The notes below the pieces were generated by a model that worked only from the letters and a program-made list of their open reading frames with translations, was not told the DNA's origin and did not search any database. Made by a program: the position numbers and the translations under genes. From a virus, in the IMG/VR virus record IMGVR_UViG_3300047373_000021, positions 1-31,692 of that record: 31,692 nt of DNA. One strand, written 5' to 3'. This document shows positions 9,001 through 17,315 of the stretch, piece by piece; position 1 is the first letter of the stretch, and each line of letters starts with the position of its first letter.

Positions 9001-9020
9001 TGGGGGTATTGCTACCCCCA
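9001..9020 (-). terminator. GC-rich stem-loop just downstream of the capsid gene (8-bp stem, 4-nt loop). It may be an attenuator or an mRNA-stabilising hairpin.
   Basis: tGGGGGTA-ttgc-TACCCCCa is a perfect inverted repeat and an unusually GC-rich island in AT-rich DNA. It lacks a clean U-tract. Confidence 0.35.
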
Positions 9021-9041
9021 TTCCATTTAAGCATCAGTTAA

Positions 9042-11360
9042 TTAGTCTGAAGATTTACAGAAAGATACTGCATGTCTTACAGCTACATCAACAGTTTGTA
9101 GAGCAACAATTCTTACTCCACCTGAAGTTGATAAAGCATAAGGATCAACAGTAATGTCTAAACCGCCATACATACCAATTAATAGGTCTGCAAAGTTACC
9201 AAAGTAGAAGTCTCCACTTGTTACTTGGTTACTTCTGATTACATTGTAACCATTCATGCTGTTGTCAGGTGACACAACAAATTGAGCAGTACCAGTAGCT
9301 TTTTCAGTAGTTTTTAATGTACCAAAGTCAGCAGGTCTACAGATGTATGCTAAAGAACCATTTAATGCGTTGTCATTAGCAACAGCAGATTCCATAGCTA
9401 CAATCTCAGCCCATGTTGGGTTAGCAGCACCAAAAGTAGTAGTGTTAATACCTGAAGTATTAGCAATACCTGTTGGCTGACCACTTGAACCTGAACCAGC
9501 TAAAGCACCTAAATCAATAGCAGTAGCTATAGATTTTGTTAGGTCATCTCTGATTAAGTTTTCAACATCTAATGAAGACTGTTGTAATAATAGTCTTGTA
9601 GCATCTGTGAAAGCACCAATTACTTTAGGTGACATTGTTACTGAACCTGAAGTAAATTCTGATTCAGAAGCAGCAGCACCTTCTGTTGCAATCCATCCAG
9701 CAGATGAAGCAGCAGTTTTCTTAGGTATTACAACATTACCTTGTAATCCTCTAAGCATAGTAGCACCAGCTTGCATTACTGAAGACTCATTTCTGAGAAC
9801 ATCAATAAAGTCTCCACCTCTGTAATCTTCACTTATTAGTTTTGAATCATCAGATGTGTTTAGGTCTCTTTTTCCCCAATTTCTTAGGACTTCTGAAGGC
9901 AACATGATACCTTGAGCATCTTTGCCATATTGTCTAGCAGCTTCAGCAGAACATTCAAATTCAAATGCTGCATCTTCCTGTGCTTTTCTATCAGATGGGT
10001 TAGCCATAGCTCTAATAGCTTTTACTAGGCTAAATTCTCTTACTTCTTCTTTAGTCATGCCGATTTCTGAAGGAGTTTCTAGTGGAGTGTTGTTAGAAAT
10101 ATTTTCTAGCAATACACCTCTAAATTCTTCAACAGAGATACCATCACTAATTGCTTTGTCAGCTAAATCTCTTTTATTGTGTCTAACTGCTAAATCTATG
10201 ATCTCTTTTGAGTTTCTTTTAAATTCAGCTTTAGCTTCATCAATAGTTTGAGTTCTAACTTCATCAAGATTAATATCTTTATTTTCCATTGTTATTACCT
10301 CTATATTATTAATAGTTTGTTTATCTTTAGAACGACCAACTCCAACAAGTCTTGACTGGTCAGCAGGAACAGACACAGAAGAAACTTCCATAGGTGTCCA
10401 TTGAGCTTTATAGTAATTCTCATCATCTTTGTTCATTCTAGTTAATTTATCGACTCTGTAGCCAACTGAAATGTTCATGCGTATACCATCAGCTACATCT
10501 TCAAATATTTCTTGAGCTAAAGCAGATTTACCAAACCTAACTACAGCAGTTGTCCTTTTTGCTGTCTCATCTAATTTGAATTCTTCAATTACACCAATTT
10601 GCTTTTCCATATCATGGTCAAGTAATAATGGTGCTCTTCCTGAGTTTATAAACTCCATGTTTATATCATCAGCAGAATGTCCTAGTACTTCCATACCAAA
10701 ACTTCTTTCAACTGGTTCTTCACTAGAAACACCAACTCTAACCCTTCTGCTTTCTTCATCAATGTAAGAAGCCTTAGATAAATCAATAGTTCTATATTTC
10801 ATAGGCATATCAATTACTTTTCTTTCTTCTTCATCTGATTCAAGCATAGAGACTTCATCAGTTGTTTCTACTTCATCACCTTCGTGTTCTACATCCTCAT
10901 GTTTCTCAAACTCAACAATAACAGTATTGTCAGTTTCAGTTACATTGAGGATATGTCTATCAGTTTTATCCATAGTTTTCTCCTCTTCATTTGTTAATAA
11001 AGGATGTTTTTCTGATTCTTGCGAATCAAAACTTTTTTGTCTTTCATCTTCTTTCTTCATTTGTTCTACTAATCTTTTTGACCAAGAATAACCTGCATCA
11101 CCACCCCATAATGCCCAAGCTATTCTGCCATTTGAAGGATAACCTTCTTCACCTTGTTTAAATCCTTCAGCTTGTTTGTCTACTTCATGCCTACTGAAGA
11201 AGCTATACATTCTTTTAATAGTTTCATCAGATAGATTTTCACCAGCTACTATTTGTCTTGCTCTTACAGCACCGACCCTAGTACCACCTCTACCATGCTC
11301 TTCACGCCAATCTAAACCCCTCTGAGCTTCTTCTTTCATGCCCTGAGTAGGATTACTCAT
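9042..11360 (-). CDS. Fusion protein: unknown N-terminal domain + HK97-type prohead serine protease (S78) + scaffold-like linker + HK97-fold major capsid protein.
   Basis: Single 772-aa ORF. The protease region carries LLLDHDMEKQIG and MNISVGY. The C-terminal roughly 330 aa look like a Phage_capsid (HK97) domain (...GSVTMSPKVIGAFTDATRLLLQQSS...). An acidic linker follows the N-domain. Confidence 0.9.
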   Translation of the reverse strand: MSNPTQGMKEEAQRGLDWREEHGRGGTRVGAVRARQIVAGENLSDETIKRMYSFFSRHEVDKQAEGFKQGEEGYPSNGRIAWALWGGDAGYSWSKRLVEQMKKEDERQKSFDSQESEKHPLLTNEEEKTMDKTDRHILNVTETDNTVIVEFEKHEDVEHEGDEVETTDEVSMLESDEEERKVIDMPMKYRTIDLSKASYIDEESRRVRVGVSSEEPVERSFGMEVLGHSADDINMEFINSGRAPLLLDHDMEKQIGVIEEFKLDETAKRTTAVVRFGKSALAQEIFEDVADGIRMNISVGYRVDKLTRMNKDDENYYKAQWTPMEVSSVSVPADQSRLVGVGRSKDKQTINNIEVITMENKDINLDEVRTQTIDEAKAEFKRNSKEIIDLAVRHNKRDLADKAISDGISVEEFRGVLLENISNNTPLETPSEIGMTKEEVREFSLVKAIRAMANPSDRKAQEDAAFEFECSAEAARQYGKDAQGIMLPSEVLRNWGKRDLNTSDDSKLISEDYRGGDFIDVLRNESSVMQAGATMLRGLQGNVVIPKKTAASSAGWIATEGAAASESEFTSGSVTMSPKVIGAFTDATRLLLQQSSLDVENLIRDDLTKSIATAIDLGALAGSGSSGQPTGIANTSGINTTTFGAANPTWAEIVAMESAVANDNALNGSLAYICRPADFGTLKTTEKATGTAQFVVSPDNSMNGYNVIRSNQVTSGDFYFGNFADLLIGMYGGLDITVDPYALSTSGGVRIVALQTVDVAVRHAVSFCKSSD

Positions 11361-12846
11361 CTTCGTTATCTCCGCCTTGTATATTGGCTTCTACTGGCAA
11401 TTTAGCACCAAATGGTTGATAGGCTAGTTCAATACCATATTGTTTAGCTAGTTCTATTTCTTTTTGGTGTTGTTCAAATAATTCTTCAGTATCTCTACCA
11501 TAAGCTGCAGCTATATCTGAGTAGCTTATTGTTCCATTTTGTAAACCTAGTACGTTTGACTGCATTTCTTTCAATGGGTCAATCCAAGCAAAACTTCTTG
11601 GTATGAAGTTTACTGAGTTAGAGAATTTATCAAACTTACCTATTGGTAAATTAATACGACCTGTAGATATAGCCATCTCTAACCAAGATTGGAATACTGG
11701 ATTTACAAAATGCTCAATAACAAACTGTTGATAGATTTGATACATACTTCTATCTTCTAAAGCACCTTGTCTTATTGAAGAATAATTAACTGAAGTTAGA
11801 TCATTAGATAATGAGTGATAAGAAATATTTAAACCTGATGCAATACTTCTTAAAACACTTGTTGTAAATGAATCAAAAGCAGATGTTGGGTGTGTAGGGT
11901 CAAATGCTTTGAAGTCCATGCCTTGAGGTAGTTGTTCAAATACACCAGCCTGTGCGTTCATTGTTGGATTAAAGGTATCTTCATACTCACCATCACCAAC
12001 ATATCCATCACCATCAGGTGAAGTAAAGAAACCCATTTTAGATGCACCAACTCTAGCTGCAACTATTTCTGCTTCTAAGTAACCATTTAACATCTTCACA
12101 TTAGCCATTGCTGTAGCAACCAAAGAAACACCTCTAGTTTGTTCTGCTCTAGTAGGTAGGTAAGCATGGATAATCTCATCAGCAGGGACTCTAATGTGTT
12201 GATTTTGACTTATGTACGTTCTATCGTAAGGGTGGTTTTTGAAAAGATGATAAGCAACTGGTTTGTCGTACTTATCAACTTCAACACCCATCTTAATTCT
12301 ATTACCAGTTTGTTTATACACATCATTCTTATTTTCATCTAAATGATCTGCTTCTAAAAATTGAATCTGAAAACCAAAAGGTGAATTGTTATCTTTAATC
12401 TTTCTGATTAAGACTTCACCATCTCTACATAAAGATTCAACAAATATTTTCTGACAATCTAAAAATGATAATCTGCCATTGGTTGTGCAATTACCTACTT
12501 TTGACCAATCTTTCCAAGCTGACTCAATGAGCTGGTTAGCAGCAATGTCTAATGAACCATTGTCATTACGACTTTTGCTACTAACTCTTATGCCATGCTT
12601 ACCGATAACATTAGATACCATCAGGTTAAGGTATCTTGCAATATAGCTATCGTTCCTTGCTAACTCTCTTGCTCTATCTCTGAGTATTCTTATGTTATCT
12701 TTTATTTCAGCATCAGCACTTGTAGAGCTTGTTACAAAATCTGCAAACAATCTACCAGTATTAGCACCAGTATAACTTCTTCTATAAGCCTGTTTCTTTT
12801 TCTTTTTAGGCTCATTAACGCCTAGTATTCTGTTATACCATGCCAT
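11353..12846 (-). CDS. Portal protein, lambda (gpB) family.
   Basis: 497 aa, positioned between the terminase side and the protease-capsid gene. The N-terminal region ...RRSYTGANTGRLFADFVTSSTSADAEI... is typical of lambda-family portals. Confidence 0.9.
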   Translation of the reverse strand: MAWYNRILGVNEPKKKKKQAYRRSYTGANTGRLFADFVTSSTSADAEIKDNIRILRDRARELARNDSYIARYLNLMVSNVIGKHGIRVSSKSRNDNGSLDIAANQLIESAWKDWSKVGNCTTNGRLSFLDCQKIFVESLCRDGEVLIRKIKDNNSPFGFQIQFLEADHLDENKNDVYKQTGNRIKMGVEVDKYDKPVAYHLFKNHPYDRTYISQNQHIRVPADEIIHAYLPTRAEQTRGVSLVATAMANVKMLNGYLEAEIVAARVGASKMGFFTSPDGDGYVGDGEYEDTFNPTMNAQAGVFEQLPQGMDFKAFDPTHPTSAFDSFTTSVLRSIASGLNISYHSLSNDLTSVNYSSIRQGALEDRSMYQIYQQFVIEHFVNPVFQSWLEMAISTGRINLPIGKFDKFSNSVNFIPRSFAWIDPLKEMQSNVLGLQNGTISYSDIAAAYGRDTEELFEQHQKEIELAKQYGIELAYQPFGAKLPVEANIQGGDNEDE

Positions 12847-13472
12847 TATGTGTAACTCTTGGGTGTAGAACCAGTAGAACTACCAAAATTAACCTTGATA
12901 GTATTTCCTGACCCTTGTTTGTTTCTAATTCTTGCTAATTTAACTTCTTTTAGATATTCAGCCTTATATCTATCTCTGAATGTCATTAATTCATCAACAG
13001 ACATCCTAGATAGCGATCTACCACCTAAAGAGAAGGATGATTGGTCTATTGTAGCTCTTCCTTCTATTACAGCTTCAATAGCATCTAAAACCTTCTTTGC
13101 ATGACTTCTTAAATCAGCATTAGTGTCAGCTAAGTTAGGTAATATAGTAGTTTTACCACTATCAACCTGTATTCTTGCTGAATCAGAAGCTCTTGTTATG
13201 TAAGCACCCCACAAATAATCGTGTGGATTATAGTCATCTGTAGTGGTTGTTGGTACTTCTATGTAATAAGTGTCATTTGCTTCAACAGCATTAATAGTAA
13301 ATTGATGGCTACCACCACCACCTGAATCGCAATGAAACTCATAAGATAATGAGTAAGAGCCTACTGGATAAGTAGATGCTAAATCATCTCTTTTCCACGC
13401 CCAGTAATCACCAACAACAAGCTCACTAGGTTCTTGAGTTGGGTAGTTTTCTCTATCAAATTGGTTGCTCAA
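12846..13472 (-). CDS. Hypothetical head protein with a gpW-like (head-tail joining) C-terminal segment and an apparent TTG start.
   Basis: It occupies the lambda W position between terL and portal. The C-terminal GGRSLSRMSVDELMTFRDRYKAEYLKE resembles lambda gpW [23 protein letters not shown]. GAGG lies 7 nt upstream of the TTG. Confidence 0.5.
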   Translation of the reverse strand: MSNQFDRENYPTQEPSELVVGDYWAWKRDDLASTYPVGSYSLSYEFHCDSGGGGSHQFTINAVEANDTYYIEVPTTTTDDYNPHDYLWGAYITRASDSARIQVDSGKTTILPNLADTNADLRSHAKKVLDAIEAVIEGRATIDQSSFSLGGRSLSRMSVDELMTFRDRYKAEYLKEVKLARIRNKQGSGNTIKVNFGSSTGSTPKSYT

Positions 13473-13560
13473 GCAAAAACCTCATAAATGTTTTAGATAT
13501 ATCTACATCTAACACTAAGGTTTATTAGGGTATTGTCAATATCGAATCAAGAAAATCTTA

Positions 13561-15381
13561 TTATTTCCAAGAAGTAGCGAAATTACCCCTATTTATGCCT
13601 TTTTGTGGTCTTTTTTGCTGTTTTTGTTGCGGTTTTGACTGTTGAGTCATAACTCTTTCTTGAATAGTGTCGTAATTAGGGTTCAAGATGTAAATAGCAG
13701 CAAAGTTGTAGACCAATGTATCTAATGCTTCGTTTCTTGGTCTAATTTGCTTCCAAACTAGTGATTTACGACCTCTTACAAACTTTGTTACTCTTTTTTC
13801 TGCTGTAAGCTGTTGAAAGTACTCTTCATCAAGATCAGAGCAGAAATGTAGGGTTGTATTGTCAGGTTCAGAAGATAATCTAGCAAATATAGCTTCTTTC
13901 GCACTATCTGTACCTACACCATAGAGAACAGCTTTGTTTTTACCTACAAATGTAGGTCTGTTTGCTATTGGCTTACCTGCTGTTGATAAACCTTTAATTG
14001 CAAAGACTCTTCTTCCTTGTCTTGGTTTGGTGAACTGGTAAACCTGATTGGTTGAATGTCCACCTGAGTCAATACAAGTGCAAGATATGGTTAAGATTCT
14101 TCCTGATTCAGTTGTAAATCGTTTTTTAAGATAACTATCTAGTTCTTGCCATACATTTTGTGCATTTGGGTCACCCCAAAATATCTTGTAATCTATGACC
14201 CATGCTTCATAGTTAGCACCCCATCCAACCATTTGTAACTCTAATCTATCTTTCTGCGTATCAACACCAGCGGTTAGAACTAATACATCTTCAGGGATAG
14301 TTGTGTAATCATAATTCAATCTACGTTCTAGTAATGTTTCATATTCAACAGTTTCACCTTGCTCCTGCCAACTTTCTCCAAGAGCAGTATTTATCCAAGT
14401 CTTTAGCATTTCAGGATTCTTTTTAGCTTCAAGAAATGATTTAGCCATATCCGCCCAAGTAGACCAAACTGAATATAACTCTGAAATATGGAATCCTGCT
14501 GTATCTGACTTAGGTGCTGATGCTATCCATTCACCATGCTTTAACATCCATTGTTTTTTAGATTCATCAATAATAGAACCACATTCTTCACATGCGTAAT
14601 TTGCTGTTTCAGGTTTGTTTTCTTCCCAAACTACATTCTTCCACTTCAAAACCTGTTTATGATTACATTCAGGGCAAGGAACATGATAATAGCGTTTGTC
14701 AGACTCCTCAAAAGCTGTTTCTATTCTTGATAATCCTTTTATTGTTGGAGTAGAGCATAAATAAATCTTCTTATTCCAAAAGGTAGTAGTCCTTTTAGTA
14801 GCAAGTGATATTGGGTCACCCTCAGCACCTGCTGATGATTCATATCTATCGCACTCATCCGCTAAAACAATTCTTATTGGTCTTGATGCTAATCCTGATG
14901 CTGAATTAGAACCAACAATGTTTAGATTACCACCTGCAAACTTTTTAGATAAGACTGTATTGCCACTATCTCTACTTCTTGGGTCTTTTACACAACCTCT
15001 TATCTTTTCAGAATCCCTAATCATCATAGCTAATCTATCTTTACTAAATGCTTGAGCCATCTGAAGTGTTGGTTGCATTATCAGTAATGGTGCGGGGTCT
15101 TGGTCTATGTAGTAACCAATAACATTTAATAAAATTTCGGTAGCACCAACCTGAGCAGACTTCATAAATACAATTCTTTGAATATCAGGGTCATTGAAAG
15201 AATCCATTATCTCTCTTTGGAATGGAGCTCTATCAGTTCTCCATTGACCTGCTTCTGCTGAAGATTCAGGTGATAGTCTTCTATAGGTATCTGCCCAGTT
15301 ACTTATCTTCAGATTGGGTGGTGGAGTCCAAGTCTGATTGGTCTCCTGTATCACCTTTTCTATATTTTTGAGGTATTCCAT
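13561..15381 (-). CDS. terL: Terminase large subunit, GpA (lambda) family.
   Basis: SPESSAEAGQWRTDRAPFQREIMDS...FMKSAQVGATE (Walker A-like). Also has the zinc-ribbon CPECNHK...CEECGS and the ADECDRY motif. Confidence 0.92.
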   Translation of the reverse strand: MEYLKNIEKVIQETNQTWTPPPNLKISNWADTYRRLSPESSAEAGQWRTDRAPFQREIMDSFNDPDIQRIVFMKSAQVGATEILLNVIGYYIDQDPAPLLIMQPTLQMAQAFSKDRLAMMIRDSEKIRGCVKDPRSRDSGNTVLSKKFAGGNLNIVGSNSASGLASRPIRIVLADECDRYESSAGAEGDPISLATKRTTTFWNKKIYLCSTPTIKGLSRIETAFEESDKRYYHVPCPECNHKQVLKWKNVVWEENKPETANYACEECGSIIDESKKQWMLKHGEWIASAPKSDTAGFHISELYSVWSTWADMAKSFLEAKKNPEMLKTWINTALGESWQEQGETVEYETLLERRLNYDYTTIPEDVLVLTAGVDTQKDRLELQMVGWGANYEAWVIDYKIFWGDPNAQNVWQELDSYLKKRFTTESGRILTISCTCIDSGGHSTNQVYQFTKPRQGRRVFAIKGLSTAGKPIANRPTFVGKNKAVLYGVGTDSAKEAIFARLSSEPDNTTLHFCSDLDEEYFQQLTAEKRVTKFVRGRKSLVWKQIRPRNEALDTLVYNFAAIYILNPNYDTIQERVMTQQSKPQQKQQKRPQKGINRGNFATSWK

Positions 15382-15826
15382 CTTGAGCTAACTCGTTTAG
15401 TGCTTCATGCACCTGTTCTTTTATTATTAATTCTGCTTCAGCGTATTTATCTACTGTAATTACCTGATGTGCGATTCTTGAAGGTAGTCCTAATAGCTTT
15501 GCTCTTGCATTAGCTACATAATCAATCCAAGTATCTTCAACTAATTGTGCTGGTATTAGGTTTCCTTCCATTTCTTCTACTTCTAACTCAGCCTTTCTAG
15601 CTTGAGCTGCAGTAAGTTTGGTTTTTTCTTCAGCAATATCACCAGTACCACTTCTTTTGTGATATCCGCCTAGTTTTCTAAGGTACGAGATGTAAGCAAC
15701 CCTACAAACATCTAAGTTAAGTGGACTTCTACCCTGTTTTGAGGGAAAAATGCCATCTCTAATCAATTCTGAGACTCTTTTTACTGATAAGTCCAAGTGA
15801 TCTGCAACCTCTCTTTGTGTAGCCAT
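15299..15826 (-). CDS. terS: Terminase small subunit (N-terminal HTH).
   Basis: 175 aa immediately upstream of terL. MATQREVADHLDLSVKRVSELIRDGIFP looks like an HTH. It overlaps terL by 83 nt. Confidence 0.65.
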   Translation of the reverse strand: MATQREVADHLDLSVKRVSELIRDGIFPSKQGRSPLNLDVCRVAYISYLRKLGGYHKRSGTGDIAEEKTKLTAAQARKAELEVEEMEGNLIPAQLVEDTWIDYVANARAKLLGLPSRIAHQVITVDKYAEAELIIKEQVHEALNELAQDGIPQKYRKGDTGDQSDLDSTTQSEDK

Positions 15827-15924
15827 ACAGTTCGTTAATTACCTAATTAAATATGGGTTGTCGCTAAAAAAATACCGAGCTGTCCAATTACCCATAGTTG
15901 ATGTTGTAGAAGAACCTACGTTTG

Positions 15925-16572
15925 TCACTTAGCGGTCTTGAGTGCATACCTCAACCTCTTTGCAAAATTAGAATCAAATCCATTTTTTCTTGAGAAGGCT
16001 ACACCATTACCTATCTTTTCAAATGGATATAACTCTTTATATCTTCCCATCTTAGTAAGTTTAGCTACTTGCCTTATCTTTGCACCACTAGCTGTATTGG
16101 TTGCTGTTCTTCCATACCTTTCCCATATACCTTCACTACCTTGATTACCTTTAGGTACGCCAAAGAAGTATTTTCCTTTGTCTCTTTTTATTTTGTTATA
16201 TGCAGCTTTACCTATGTTACCAGCCTTAGTCTTGCTACCTTTGTAGTTGTTAGTGTTGGGTATGACTATGGCTGTATTCTTTGGAGTTCTAACACCACCA
16301 TCTACCTGTAGCTTCATATAATGTTCTCTTCTCTCATCAACAAATACTACTGATGTCAGGTTAGTCTTCTTAGCTTTTTCAACTCTAAATCCTTTTTGTG
16401 TAAAAGGTGTGGGGTCATCAAACTTTTGTGTTGTTTGTTTTTTATAAGTCTTATGCAAAGCAAACGCTGTATCGTTTAAAGCTAACATAGTTGCAAAAGG
16501 TATTTGTTTCTTTTGCATAGAGCTTAATCCTTTAGTTACTTCTTTGATGTTTGATTTAATATTAACTCTCAT
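15925..16572 (-). CDS. Basic 215-aa protein resembling lambda gpZ-type tail completion proteins. The function call is tentative.
   Basis: N-terminus ...LSSMQKKQIPFATMLALNDTAFAL... and C-terminus ...FAKRLRYALKTAK parallel lambda gpZ (...AVPGAAAMAINRVASSA... / ...ELGYALQHQLRMVIKR). This was recalled by eye only. Confidence 0.45.
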   Translation of the reverse strand: MRVNIKSNIKEVTKGLSSMQKKQIPFATMLALNDTAFALHKTYKKQTTQKFDDPTPFTQKGFRVEKAKKTNLTSVVFVDERREHYMKLQVDGGVRTPKNTAIVIPNTNNYKGSKTKAGNIGKAAYNKIKRDKGKYFFGVPKGNQGSEGIWERYGRTATNTASGAKIRQVAKLTKMGRYKELYPFEKIGNGVAFSRKNGFDSNFAKRLRYALKTAK

Positions 16573-16727
16573 CCTTTTCTCCAGTAAGACTTACCTTTGA
16601 ACTTTAATCCAATCTCCTTTGCTTTCCTTCTTGCGGTAGATGGACTACAACCAAAAGACATTGCAGCATCATGTGATGACTTACCTTGCTTAATCATTTC
16701 CTTTAGTTTTTTCTTATCTACTTCCAT
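16569..16727 (-). CDS. Small HTH DNA-binding protein (52 aa). It is not in the ORF track.
   Basis: MEVDKKKLKEMIKQGKSSHDAAMSFGCSPSTARRKAKEIGLKFKGKSYWRKG. The start abuts the upstream stop, and there is an ATGA overlap with the next gene. The frame checked open. Confidence 0.5.
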   Translation of the reverse strand: MEVDKKKLKEMIKQGKSSHDAAMSFGCSPSTARRKAKEIGLKFKGKSYWRKG

Positions 16728-16964
16728 TTATAAGTTTTCATAATGTTCTATTAACTTATTAATATACCATTTGGCTTTCTCTAAGTCTTGTATGTTAGCG
16801 TTCTTCATACGATGTCTATGAATGTATTTGATAGCTGAACCTTCTAAATAACTAGGAAACTCAGACCCAAGTTGTTGTTTTATGTACATAATACATTCCA
16901 CCTTCCCATTGTTATAATGTGCTGGCTTATGTACTGGGTCATGCTTTTTCTTTTTAATACTCAT
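16728..16964 (-). CDS. DUF3310-family phage protein. The ORF is open to 17036, but the preferred start is the ATG at 16964.
   Basis: KPAHYNNGKVECIMYIKQQL...GSAIKYIHRHRMKN..QDLEKAKWYINKLI matches the DUF3310 pattern. AAGGAG lies 10 nt upstream of the ATG at 16964. Confidence 0.6.
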   Translation of the reverse strand: MSIKKKKHDPVHKPAHYNNGKVECIMYIKQQLGSEFPSYLEGSAIKYIHRHRMKNANIQDLEKAKWYINKLIEHYENL

Positions 16965-17025
16965 TTTTATTTCACTCCTTTTAAATAACTTATTAGCCTT
17001 TGTTTGAAAAGACCACTCTAAAAAC

Positions 17026-17310
17026 TTATCTAACATCTCTTCTTACCATTTCATTCTTACATTTTTGTATGATCTTTTTCTTTGCACTTGATGATTCAAT
17101 GTAATCATTCAATTCCTTAATTGTCATACTCTTTAAATAATAATGCTCAGTCTTCATCTTGCCTGTAGCTTTATCTTTAATCCTTACGCTTGGTTTTAGT
17201 TTTATTGGCATCTTTCTTTTTCTCCTTTTTCTTTTTGCCAAAGACAGCTTCCCAGTTATCTTCATATCTTTTTGTATTCTCTTTCCTACGACCTGAGCCT
17301 TTGCCACCAT
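17026..17310 (-). CDS. Hypothetical, highly basic protein. The start is uncertain.
   Basis: 94-aa ORF on the coding strand. It contains KRKRRKRK. Confidence 0.5.
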   Translation of the reverse strand: MVAKAQVVGKRIQKDMKITGKLSLAKRKRRKRKMPIKLKPSVRIKDKATGKMKTEHYYLKSMTIKELNDYIESSSAKKKIIQKCKNEMVRRDVR

Positions 17311-17315
17311 GCCAC

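Noticed and set aside
9607-10767. Plus-strand ORFs 9607..9825, 9922..10251 and 10576..10767.
   Set aside because: They are antisense shadows of the protease-capsid gene. Their composition is Ser/Leu-rich and typical of the reverse frame of an AT-rich coding region.
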